From the NCBI RefSeq assembly GCF_001194135.2, contig NC_068983.1, positions 162,303,973 to 162,343,258 on the forward strand: a DNA stretch of 39,286 bases, given 5' to 3'. Below are positions 1 through 11,103 of the stretch, one piece after another. The translations under genes were made by a program, and so were the position numbers. The first letter of the stretch is position 1. The number at the start of each line of letters is the position of its first letter. The notes beneath the pieces are model-generated. The model saw only the letters and a program-made list of their open reading frames with translations, had not been told where the DNA came from and made no database searches. Source of the DNA: Octopus bimaculoides. Lineage: Eukaryota.

Positions 1-1435
1 TGTTTCCTCCTTCGGGTTTTCTTCGAGGAGATCCCTGTACAGTTTTTTCGCCAGGTATTTTTGGCATTTGCCAACTGCCTTGAGAAAAATGGATTTTAGT
101 GTGTGGTGCAGGGTTGGTGTTATGTGTAGTATTTTGATGTGTTCTGGCGGTGTTGTGTACGGGTGGTTGCTGGTTTTTATGTCTTCGTTTGTTGTGTTTG
201 TTTTTGTGTTGATGTATTCCATCAACTCTGAGTTTTTTGTGTTGATGGCAGTGAGCATTGTGTGTGTGCTTACTTTTGGGGTTTTGTTGCTTGTGTTGTT
301 GTGTGCTTGTGTCGGTGTCTGGAGAGTTTTCGGGAGTTGTGTATCTCCCTGCTTTGTTGGTGTTTGCTTTTCTTTTTTTGCTCCTCTTCCTCCTTCCTTT
401 TTGAGCTATTTGCCATTCCTCATTACTTTTGTCTTCCGATGAAGGTTCTGAGGAATCGGAAGGGGGCAGGGGCATGTCGTGTGGATCTGTGTTTGTTTGT
501 GTAAGTGGTTGTGGTGTTGTTTTTGTTGTTGTTGGTTGTTGACTTTCTGGTTGTGGTGTATGTGATGTGTGGGAAGGGGGGTTAGTTTTTGTATTGTCTT
601 TTGGTTTTACTGTTTCTTTAGTTCTTGTTGTTGTAGGTGTTTTTCCAGATGCTGTTGTATGTTCATTTGTTGGTGTTGGCGGATGTGTTTCTTTTGTTTT
701 ACTCTCTTTGCTTATTTTCTGTGCTGATGGTGGTGTGGGTAGTAAAGGTTCCTTTTTCCTTGTACTCGTTCCTTGTTGTGGTTGTTGTTCTTGCTCTTGT
801 TGATTTTTCTTTGTTGTTGGGTAGTCAGTTTGGAGGTGCCCTTCTCTGCCACACAGGTAGCAGCGAGGCCTCCTACCTTCTACCACTACATGGAGATTAT
901 GGCCGTCTGGCAGATCAATATGGTTTGGGATGCTGTTTATTTGATTCTCGTTGATTTGGAGCAATACTTTGAACCTTTTTCCGGACCATTTTTTTTCCTG
1001 CGAAGTAGCATACTTGAGGATGTTGAAGTCCTCTTCCATGCGGTAACAAATGGCGGACAAAAGTCATTGTGCCTCTATTTCAGGAGAGATATTCTTTATT
1101 GAAACTTTGGTCACACGTTGCCCAAGGTAGGTCGGAATTAGGATTAGTTTGTCCGACTGTAGTGTGAGTGTCGACAGCTCTTTGGCTTTTTCTTCGCTGT
1201 CGAAGTGAACCTGGATTGTGGCATATTTATTTCACCAGTTTACATATCTTTGGAAATTCCATATCGGGCATAAACAATTTTCAATAAGTTCTTGGAGTGC
1301 TTGTTCTGGTCTGCGTGTTTTTGCATTTAGGATTTTGTATATTATTGTTCTTTTCCATGTGTTCTCTATGATGTTTTGCAGAATGTTTAGGTGTAGGCCT
1401 GAGCCCTTTTCTGTTAAGAGGGCTTTGGTTTGTTT

Positions 1436-1436
<1 letters not shown>
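1..1436 (-). mobile_element. Degraded non-LTR retrotransposon ORF1 (gag-like, single zinc knuckle; L1/Tx1-like, clade uncertain)
   Basis: One minus frame runs from ~1436 to ~821 (KQTKALLTEKGSGLHLNILQ...LPDGHNLHVVVEGRRPRCYLCGREGHLQTDYP) with in-frame TGA stops at 1232-1234 and 1064-1066. CX2CX4HX4[C>Y] knuckle at 821-862, followed by a low-complexity Q/T/K/H-rich tail. Confidence 0.7.
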
Positions 1437-1757
<321 letters not shown>

Positions 1758-1924
1758 ATAAGAAAAGTAAAGGGGATTAAACAATCCAGGCAGATATGGT
1801 TAACTATATGCAACAATCAGTTACCAATAAATATAAGTAGATTAAACATCCAAGGTAATTCCTCATGTGTGACAAGGTAATCCAAATATTGTTTAGAAGA
1901 ATTTCAAGAAAGTCAGAGTATAAG

Positions 1925-2062
1925 ACAACAAAAATAAGAATGGAGAAAAATTACATCTTTAATTGGCGATACTGTATCGACGATCGTTTCTGCTGTGTCG
2001 GTATTGTATGGTGGAATGACCAATTAAAGATGTAATTTTTCTCCCATTCTTATTTTTGTTGT
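1925..2062. repeat. Long inverted repeat / hairpin (arms 1925-1966 and 2020-2062)
   Basis: acaacaaaaataagaatggagaaaaattacatctttaattgg is the reverse complement of the right arm except for one extra C. Confidence 0.9.
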
Positions 2063-2089
2063 ATACACACACACACACATGTATATTAC

Positions 2090-2225
2090 TCCAGGGTATA
2101 AGGATAAAAACTGCTCCCTTATGACAAGCCACGTCGAGCCAGTGTGACAGAGTAGGCTCGTCAAAATCGAACCAGTATGATCTCAAGCCATTCTCTGGAG
2201 GAGAGAACTTAGTGAAGCCTTCGTC
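2090..2225 (-). CDS. Candidate coding exon 2 of an unidentified divergent gene (DEGFTKFSPPENGLRSYWFDFDEPTLSHWLDVACHKGAVFILIPW)
   Basis: Acceptor tttagtcttctgcag| and donor |gtaata. Only one of three frames is open, the composition is protein-like and the sequence is not repeat-derived. Family not recognised. Confidence 0.5.
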
Positions 2226-2323
2226 CTGCAGAAGACTAAACGAACATGGTCAATCCATACATATATATACACATATGTATGCAAACATCAGAAAGTTCAT
2301 AAGGTTTTTGATTCAATAGAAAC

Positions 2324-2344
2324 CTTTCGACAATTTGAAGTCAT
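2324..2344 (-). CDS. Candidate first coding exon of the divergent gene (MTSNCRK)
   Basis: ATG at 2344-2342 and AAG|gtttct donor. A 98-nt intron joins it in phase 0 to the 2225 exon. The donor is weak. Confidence 0.35.
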
Positions 2345-2598
2345 TTCAAAATTTGGCGCTCTTTTCGCCCCAACACAGTATTGTATAGCTTTTCAGACGG
2401 AAATATAAACATAAAATTTATTTTAGAAAATTCTTATTTTTTATTCATCTTTTAAAGTAAAATTACTGAAATAAATTATTATTTAATAAAACCGTATTTT
2501 CTATGAAAAAATGTGATTTATTTTCAATTCGCCGATCATAAATTATTTACCCAATTAAAAGAGTACCGAGTTATTTTGCTTGGATTCAATTAACGCAA

Positions 2599-2645
2599 CT
2601 TCCTTTCCAAGTTGTTGCTGTGGTGGTGTTCAGATATCCAAATCT
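2599..2645 (+). promoter_or_regulatory. TCT initiator / 5'-TOP tract and probable non-coding exon 1 of eEF1D
   Basis: Pyrimidine tract cttcctttcc at 2599-2608 contains a YYC(+1)TTTYY match (2601-2608). A strong GTAAGT donor follows at 2646-2651, with no ATG in between. Confidence 0.55.
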
Positions 2646-3707
2646 GTAAGTTAGCAATTAAGTTAGATTTATTTGTACTAACATTTAATAATTAATTGTG
2701 TATTGATTAATATATAGCTTTGGTTGGTATACTAACCATAAAAACAATTTCAAAGACACAAGAAGACTTTACTTTAGAAGATTTACAAAGAAAAAAATCT
2801 TCCATAACTCGTGGGAGTTCGTTCAACCAGATTATAAAATCAAATCTATAAACTTCATATAATTTCTAATTAATCTATTTTTTCCAATAATTAATAGCCT
2901 TAATCTGTGTTATCTTTAATAATAATGAAGTTAGTTTGCGTGAATTAATATTGTGTTATTTTGTATTTCTAATTATCTTTGGGTCCAATTAGAAAGTTTC
3001 ACCGAAAGTAATCGAGGTTTTAAAGATGCTAATATTTTGCCAGAAATGTTTTAATTAATGAGAATTTTGTATTTTCAAATATAAATATCGACATTTACAC
3101 ACAATTACCTATTTTTCTGACAGAAACTTCACAAACATAACTTTTATCAACATTTGTACTTTTACTGCTCTTTTAGTCTTTAAACGTGGATTAAAAAAAA
3201 ACTCGTACCTTTTAACTTTTCAAATTATCTTTTCCCGGTTTTTAATTTTAAAGTTCATTCAGCATTTACAAAACAAAAAAATATTTTCAGAAATTAATTA
3301 AGATTCTGATTCGTTTTTATTTGAAGTATTTCAAATTATATTATTTTCTATAAGTTATAATTTCCGATAGATTTCGGTTGTTTTTTCGCCTAAAATATTC
3401 AGACATTGGTTCCAATTACTAAATCAAGTCGAACACATGTTGCCCCCCCCCCCCTTTNNNNNNNNNNNNNNNNNNNNNNNNNNNNNNNNNNTGCCCCCCC
3501 CCCTTTAAAAAGTTTCGATAAACCAATATGAAAGTAATTTCTTTAGAGTTTGGGAAATATTTCTTTGTTCTGTTGATTCCTTCCATATTTAAATACTTGT
3601 ACACTTTATGAACTTCGTTAAATACTAACGTTATTCTTTCTATTAATTTTGATATTTAAGAATAAACTTTAGTTTCATTTCTTCATTTCATTTTGGTGGA
3701 GGCACTG

Positions 3708-3716
3708 CGCCATTTT
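3708..3716 (+). promoter_or_regulatory. YY1-type motif CGCCATTTT in the CpG-retaining 5' region
   Basis: Motif match only. Confidence 0.3.
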
Positions 3717-4188
3717 TGGCACTAATCCAAGTTCTTTAACCGACTTTACGTCTCCCTACAAGCTACATTAGTAAAATTTCCTTCAAATCCTGCCCTAATT
3801 GTATCATTTTTACCTTACCCCAAAAGTGAGGTTCGTGACTGTCTTTGGTCATAAGTCTACACAGTCAGGCTGAGTTCGGGTTAAGTGAAAGTAACACGTA
3901 GACAAGAACAAACTTGATTATAAAACATTTGGGTATAACTACGGTTTAGTGCCCCGTTGATTTTGTTACATAACTTTCTGAACATTTTCTCTTTTTAATG
4001 CAAGTTTACAGATACGTTTTCGAGAGTGTAGATTACAATAAATGGGCCCTAACTCTAAACTGCGGTTATGTTACGTAATAACTTTGTAAAACAACACAGT
4101 AAAAAAAAATTATGCTAAAATTATTTCTCTAATTTGATTTTTGATATTTAAATCTGTGGATAAATGCTTTGGTGTGTGTGTGTATATG

Positions 4189-4229
<41 letters not shown>

Positions 4230-4869
4230 NNNNNNNNNNNNNNNNNNNNNNNNNNNNNNNNNNNNNNNNNNNNNNNNNNNNNNNNNNNNNNNNNNNNNNN
4301 NNNNNNNNNNNNNNNNNNNNNNNNNNNNNNNNNNNNNNNNNNNNNNNNNNNNNNNNNNNNNNNNNNNNNNNNNNNNNNNNNNNNNNNNNNNNNNNNNNNN
4401 NNNNNNNNNNNNNNNNNNNNNNNNNNNNNNNNNNNNNNNNNNNNNNNNNNNNNNNNNNNNNATATATATATAGTTCAAATTTACAGAAGATGAAGACAGG
4501 TGAGAGAACAACAAGCAGGTGTATTAGTTTGATACTCAGGAAGACTGGAAAAGTCTTTGATGTTTCGATATATTATAAGGAACTCCAGTTTAAACCTGAG
4601 TTTACAAGACTTCATATCCACAATTTCAAATGTTAAATGCACTCAACCAGACATTAATTCCACATTTTTTAAGGTTTCTTCTCAGTAACTTTAGAAGAGA
4701 GAGATTGAACTATTAAATATCACTTCCAACCTCCGCCGGCTGCCTCTTACAAATTCAAGGGGGTATGTGAGTCAGCAATTATACTGTATAGGTTTGTATT
4801 TTGTCAAACCACAATGGGTAATGGGGGAAAATTACAAGGGTTTATAATAAAGTAGCCCCTAGAACTGTG

Positions 4870-5048
4870 TTGGTGTGTTTATGTCCCCGTACTTTAGCAG
4901 TTTGGCAAAAGAACTAATAGAATTAATACTGGGCTTAAAAAACTGAAAAAGGTACTGAAGTCAGTTCATTCGACTAAAGATTCTCCAAGACGGTGCCTCA
5001 GCATGGCCGTAGTCTAATGACTGAAACAAGTAAAAGCTAAAAGATAAA
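4870..5048 (+). mobile_element. 3' half of tRNA-derived SINE family C (same family as 36743-37113)
   Basis: Shares tggtgtgtttatgtccccgt...cagcatggcc..agtc.aatgactgaaacaagtaaaag with the full copy. Confidence 0.8.
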
Positions 5049-5170
5049 CTCTACAATTTTCAAACCTTAATATTCCTTCAAGAAGAAACCTAACAAAGGC
5101 CATGTTTTAAAATTTTCACAATGACCTGCTTCATGTTATGATTTTCTTTTTACTTGAATTCTTTCTGAAA

Positions 5171-5394
5171 GCTTTTAGCATTTAAACTGGCCATATCTGA
5201 CCAAAATATTCTACCTGTTTTCGGTTCAAACTGGCCAGATCCAGCCTCTCACACCTACCCTGCAATGTCATTCTAACGATAAACAATTACATCATCGAAA
5301 TCTCAAAGCTAGGAAATAATGCATGATTAATTCAAAACGGTGTGAATAAATAAGCATTACATTTGATAGAGTAATCTGAATGTTAAAGGGTTAA
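5171..5394 (+). mobile_element. piggyBac-like MITE family 2
   Basis: Ends aaaggg|ttaa. Body homologous to 30747-30930 and 35645-35860. Confidence 0.7.
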
Positions 5395-5960
5395 AATTTT
5401 AAATCTTTTCTTGTTTCTCATGAAATTCAAACAAGGAAGAATAAAATCAAGATTAAAGGATTTCTTTTGAAATTTAAAGCCTAAAACTTCATCATTGTCT
5501 CCATTTTTCCTTGCTTGCCCCTAAATCATCTCCATTATTTCAATAAACTAAATAAGATCTAGCCACTTGATCAATTTTTAATGCAGAACTACTTAAAAAT
5601 TCATGATCACTCATTAGTTTTTACCTAGCAACACCTTCAGTTTTTCTAACTAAAAATGTTAACATGACTACAGAATTAGGTTATCCTTATTGATTATATT
5701 GGAATTGTTCTTACTATTGATTTAGTATTAGTTTTTAAATAACCTGTTCACTTGTACAGAACCCTATATAATCGTATTGATCTGAAGTGTTTTGTGTTTA
5801 GATATTGAAGACTATATAAAGCAGAGTCAATAGGCTACCAGGCAATGGCAAGATGGCTGCCAGTTTGTGTTGTTTTACCCACAGAGTTGTTGTTTCTGGA
5901 CCACTTAATTCTCAAACGATCCTCTACTGATTAATGACAATGTGATGCTGTAATATTAGA

Positions 5961-6125
5961 TTTTATGGTTTGGCACAAGTCCAGCAAGTTTAGGGGTAGG
6001 AGGGAGTCGATTATAATAACCCCCAGTGCTCCACTTATTGTTTTGTTTATTCCGAAGGGATGAAAAGCAAAGTCAACCTCCGGGCATTCTGCCCTGTGTG
6101 CTTACGGTTCTGCCAGCTCACTGCC
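5961..6125 (-). mobile_element. tRNA-like SINE family B, degraded
   Basis: Reverse complement matches the ggcag.gagctggcagaa...ctttcatcc..cgg...ggggt motifs of 31342-31557. Confidence 0.7.
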
Positions 6126-6515
6126 ATAACTAGACACAGTAATATTGTCTTCACTTGCAGGGCTCAGATGTTTGGCTCGTACAAAGTTGACTTTCTCACA
6201 ATATATTGCATGAAAATGACATACACATATACATACATACATACACACAGACATATATACATACACACATACACATACATACATACACAAAAATACACAT
6301 ACATACATACATACATTATAAATCTCTAGATATGAATTCACATTAATAGGTCTATTTTATATGCTGGCCACTGATAAAATTTTAATGATTTTATCCTTTA
6401 TTATTATATATATGTATGTATATATCTTTGTATATATATATATATATATAAATTTATTTGCATATCGTCTGTAATCTACTCGTTAAATAAAGCTAAATAT
6501 CAAAATTGAACAATT

Positions 6516-6731
6516 TTAATCCATTACTCTGTCAAATGTAATCCTTATTTATTCACATTGTTTGGAATTAACCATGAATTATCTCATAGTTTTGAGATTT
6601 TGATGATGTGATTATTTATTTTTAAAATGATGTTGTAGAGTTGGTGTGAGAAGCCAGATCTGTCTAGTTTGAACATAAAACAGGTAGAATAGTTTGTCTG
6701 AATTTGATCAGTTGAAATGCTAAAAGGTTAA
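6516..6731 (-). mobile_element. piggyBac-like MITE family 2
   Basis: TTAA at both ends. Reverse complement of the family-2 body. Confidence 0.7.
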
Positions 6732-6929
6732 ATTCAAACTATAAAAATGTATCATAGGCCATGGAGAGTTGAACAGTGTTGAACAGATCAAGTCTTTTCC
6801 AGACTAATCCAACATTGATCACTGGCTCGATTTTGGGGAGTATCTCCCCTCCACCTCAAGCTGGATAATCTTTTGAGAGAGAGTGAGTGGGGCCCTACCC
6901 CCACCCATTGGCTTGCCTCATGTCCAGAC

Positions 6930-7100
6930 CTAAAAAGCACCCAGTACACTCTGTAAAGTGTTAGGAAGAGTATCCAGCTGTAGAAACCAAATCAGAAACA
7001 GAATATGGAGCCTGGCATGGCTCCTGGCCTCGCTAGCTCCTGTCAAACCATCCAATCCATATCAGCATGGATAATGGATGTTAAATGATGGTGATGGTGA
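6930..7100 (+). mobile_element. RTE LINE 3' tail (old copy)
   Basis: aaaagcaccc...ttaggaag.g.atccagctgtagaaac...cagcatgga...gttaaatgatg family motif. Confidence 0.75.
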
Positions 7101-7365
7101 CCTCTACAATCGCAGCCCAACGAAAGGGCCTCTCAACTCACTGGACCTGTTTGAAATAACAAACTCACCTTCAAAGCATTCTGTTATTAAAAAAACAAAG
7201 GTGCACTTTTGGTGGTTCTGCATGATCACAGTCTGGTCTAACCAATCAGAACTGACTCGGGGCTACACAGCACCTGATTAAACTGATCCATTAGTTACTT
7301 AATGGAGCAATACTCAAGTGATTGTCTAATTCTAAAAACCGTACTAAAACCAGCTTTAACAGTAT

Positions 7366-7543
7366 CTAATCCTTATAATACCCACCTGCCTGACACTACC
7401 TTTGGTCCTAAGATATACTCTTCCATTTTTATAACAATTTAAATTAAAACCTTCCTTTTGAAATTTAATGACAGTTATTTTACTAAATTCTTCCATTATT
7501 TTCAAAATTGAAACAGAGGCTGTGTGTATTTCAACAGAGTTAA
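7366..7543 (+). mobile_element. piggyBac-like MITE family 1, degenerate, just upstream of the exon 2 acceptor
   Basis: aaattaaaaccttcc...ttattttactaaattcttc.attattttcaaaattgaaacagaggc.gtgtatttcaacag is shared with 24443-24636. Confidence 0.65.
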
Positions 7544-7576
7544 TATTGTTTTATTTTCTGTTCTTTTCTTTCTAGA

Positions 7577-7687
7577 ATGATGTGTTCAGTTACAGCTGAG
7601 AGTGTTTGGCTCCAACAGCCCAGATATGAAGCAGCTGAAGCAGACTTCCAATGTTATTTAAACAAATCTAGAACTCCAACCACCCAG
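7577..7687 (+). CDS. EEF1D: eEF1D coding exon 1 (MMCSVTAESVWLQQPRYEAAEADFQCYLNKSRTPTTQ)
   Basis: Acceptor ttttctgttcttttctttctag| at 7575, ATG at 7577, CAG|gtaaga donor, phase 0. Resembles the eEF1D N-terminal E.(V/I)W....Y..AE motif. Confidence 0.85.
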
Positions 7688-9588
7688 GTAAGAAGTAATG
7701 GTGTTCATTATCTGTTTGTCATCACAAACATTGAATTACTGAAGCATGAAAGTGTGGTGGTGAAGTTTGGAGATTGTTTCCATTGGATTTAGTAACTGAA
7801 AGGATTTGAGTAAAGTTGTCTTAGAATGCTGTTATCTTAGAGGTGTTGTGCATTATATAATACTATTATACTAGTTTGTCTTAGAGGTGTGTGTATGTGT
7901 GTAATACTTTGGATAGTTATAATCCAAGCTGTGTCCTTTTGAAGCACATCTTATTCCAATGTAGACATTATATTTGTGTGCGATATACATATAGGGTTGA
8001 AAAATACTGGGAAATATTTTCTGCAGAGTAATTACATATCAAAACAGATTGGAAAAAAAATTTGGTATTGTTTATTTACCATTACATATGTTTCAATGGC
8101 TCATAGGAGCTATAAAATTGTGCATGTAGGAGAAACATGTCTGAAGAATTTCTAATAGATGTCTTACATGTTTCTCCTACATGTAAAATTTCGTAGCTTC
8201 TATTAGCTAATGAAACATGTGTAATGGTGAATAAATAATTGCAAAAAATTTTTTATAATCTGTTTTGATATTTAAAACAGTTATGTATGGGGTGTCATAA
8301 TATACTTGCTATTGTACTAGTTTCTCTCAGAAATGTCTTGTATATAATACAATTATACAAGTTTCAGCCAGTAGAATGTTGCTATCATGAGATGCAAACA
8401 TTAAATTAAACTGGTTTGATGCTCAATTTTTAAAAGAATATTTGAAACTTAAATTATTAAAAAATTAAATTGAATATTAATCAGCAAAACTTTCTGCTCC
8501 TTTTGTTCTGTGTCTGTTTTTCTCTCTTTTAATGTTTGTTCTTCTCTTATTTTCCTTCTCATCCAACCATGACATGCAATGATGTTGGTTGAAATTAAAT
8601 TTTGTTGACAATGCTTAGGTTGTAGCATGATGTAGTGACTGCAAGAACTCAGGGTCTGCTACTTCTTTGATACCAATGGGGGTCACATGGACCTGAAAAA
8701 GATATTGGACAGTGGAAAGCATCAAGGGAACTGGGTCTGGTAGGAATGATTGCAATTGATTGGGAGATGTAATGTGTAGATATGCTAGAATAATACCTGG
8801 TGTAGATCTGATGGCTGATTGGTAACTGAAGATGTTGGAAGTAATTAAATATTGAGAAAATTTGATTTGCATGAAAGTGCATTCTAAGCCAGAGGCCCAG
8901 TTCTTCCTCAAAGCTGCATCTGAAGTTTGGAGCTGGAATAAATAAAAAATGTACCAATTCTGACTCTGGCTTAGAATAAACTGCAATAGACCACAAACAA
9001 ATTGTCCATTTTCAGAGATTCTAATTTCACTGTTTTTGGTACAGAAAATAAATCCAATTTAAGGGCTTGGAAGGAGGTTCTTTGAGATGGAATTCATTCT
9101 AAGAACAATGTTTATNNNNNNNNNNNNNNNNNNNNNNNNNNNNNNNNNNNNNNNNNNNNNNNNNNNNNNNNNNNNNNNNNNNNNNNNNNNNNNNNNNNNN
9201 NNNNNNNNNNNNNNNNNNNNNNNNNNNNNNNNNNNNNNNNNNNNNNNNNNNNNNNNNNNNNNNNNNNNNNNNNNNNNNNNNNNNNNNNNNNNNNNNNNNN
9301 NNNNNNNNNNNNNNNNNNNNNNNNNNNNNNNNNNNNNNNNNNNNNNNNNNNNNNNNNNNNNNNNNNNNNNNNNNNNNNNNNNNNNNNNNNNNNNNNNNNN
9401 NNNNNNNNNNNNNNNNNNNNNNNNNNNNNNNNNNNNNNNNNNNNNNNNNNNNNNNNNNNNNNNNNNNNNNNNNNNNNNNNNNNNNNNNNNNNNNNNNNNN
9501 NNNNNNNNNNNNNNNNNNNNNNNNNNNNNNNNNNNNNNNNNNNNNNNNNNNNNNNNNNNNNNNNNNNNNNNNNNNNNNNNNNNNNNNN

Positions 9589-9823
9589 GGCACATAAAAG
9601 ACACCATTTCGAGCGTGGCCGTTTTCGTGCGGGTGACACGTAAAAGCACCCACTACACTCTCTGAGTGGTTGGCGTTAGGAAGGGCATCCAGCTGTAGAA
9701 ACTCTGCCAAATCAGACTGGAGCCTGGTGTTGCCATCCGGTTTCACCAGTCCTCAGTCAAATCGTCCAACCCATGCTAGCATGGAAAGCGGACGTTAAAC
9801 GATGATGATGATGATGATGATGA
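9589..9823 (+). mobile_element. RTE LINE 3' tail, young copy (CpGs intact) with (GAT)n tail; 5' part in gap
   Basis: gagtggttggcgttaggaagggcatccagctgtagaaactctgcc...ggacgttaaac(gat)n. Confidence 0.85.
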
Positions 9824-10609
9824 CCTGTCTAATTAGGCTTATTTCTGTTAAAATGGATATTTGTTCAGCTACTTTAGGTGTTTTAAACCTTTTAACTTTG
9901 GTGTATTTTAGATTATTTCAACTAATTAACAAATCTCTCAGATCTTCTTGGTTTTTGATAGTTTCTGTTCTTCAGATTCATTTATTTTTAGCATCTTAAT
10001 AAGAACAGCTTCTTTCTTAGTTTCATCTTATGATTAATTAATTAGTTGTAATTTCAATTAATAAGCTAAAAAGCCACAATTTTTAGCACTAATCAAACAG
10101 CTTAGGGTGCTAAACATTAGCCTAATCATTTCACATTGGCCATATTGTGTGCTTTTAATTAATAAAAGAAATATTAGTCTAATTACAAATAGAAGGGGTT
10201 TGAGTCAATAGTCCCATGAATTGAGGAGTTGAAGTTTTGTATCCTGACTTCACAATCCTTCCTGAATCCCTGAGGTGCCTCTCTCCATTTCTCTATCATT
10301 GATTTTTTTGTGTTTTTTTCATGAAGCATGGATTCATTTTACTCAGTTATTTCTTTATCTTCTACTTGAGGAGAGCTCAAAAAGGCTACAAGTATTTCCT
10401 TGTTTCAAACAAAATCATCCAAAAATCTTTTAATGTTAAATTGTGTTTGTGTGCACGTACACATCACCCCAGTTTAAAAAATCAGTCTATGCAAAGTAGT
10501 ATTGCATTCCAAATTTACCAAACTTATTTCTTGCAACTTTGAAGGCCTTCATCAAAGTATATCTTTCTAGTTTTAATTGCAAAAATAATTAATATTTCAA
10601 ATTCAGATT

Positions 10610-10808
10610 TTAACCCTTTTGATACCAACCTGTTTGGTTCTATGATACAAACTTCCTTTAAAGTGACCTAAATTAAAAACCTTCAATCATGTTAATTTAT
10701 GTTCCAAACGCCAGCATAATTGTCAAGATATTTTACTTAATTCTTCATTATTTTAAAAATTAATTGAAGCAGCAGTGTATTTCAACAGAAATATTTAAAA
10801 AGGGTTGA
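10610..10808 (+). mobile_element. piggyBac-like MITE family 1
   Basis: ttaa|cccttttg ... aaaaggg|ttga. TTAA target plus CCC-starting TIR. Confidence 0.75.
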
Positions 10809-10890
10809 TCAAAACTTAGTTGGGATTTCTATAATTTGTTAGTAATTAATATAGAAAACCAATATTTAAGGTGTTGATATTCGTTCCAAG

Positions 10891-11103
10891 AACAGCAGAG
10901 AGCTGGCAGAACCATTAACATGCTGGCAAAATGCTTAGCGTTTCGTATGTCTTGATGTTCTGAGTTCAAATTCCTCCAAGGTTGACTTTACCTTTCATCC
11001 TTTTGGAGGTTGATAAAATAAGTACCAGCTGAGCACTGGGGTTGATTTAATCGACTTAGCTGCGTCCCCCAAAGTTGCTGACCTTCTAAAAATTGAAACC
11101 ATT
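10891..11103 (+). mobile_element. tRNA-like SINE family B
   Basis: gagctggcagaa...aaatgcttagc...ctgagttcaaattcc (B-box-like)...ctttcatcc...aagtaccag. Confidence 0.8.

Noticed and set aside
68-1102. Several + strand hydrophobic (V/F/L/C-rich) ORFs that look like membrane proteins
   Set aside because: They are the antisense of an A/C-rich LINE ORF1. The meaningful frame is on the minus strand.
2359-2366. Second TCT-like motif (ctcttttc)
   Set aside because: No good donor follows, and it overlaps the presumed 5' UTR of the divergent gene. The 2599 tract fits better.
3441-3507. Direct repeat tgcccccccccttt on both sides of a 34-N gap
   Set aside because: Probably the same homopolymer at two contig ends (assembly artefact).
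4110-4636. ORFs spanning N-gaps (also 9059-9746, 26370-26564, 37623-38631)
   Set aside because: Open only because N translates as X.
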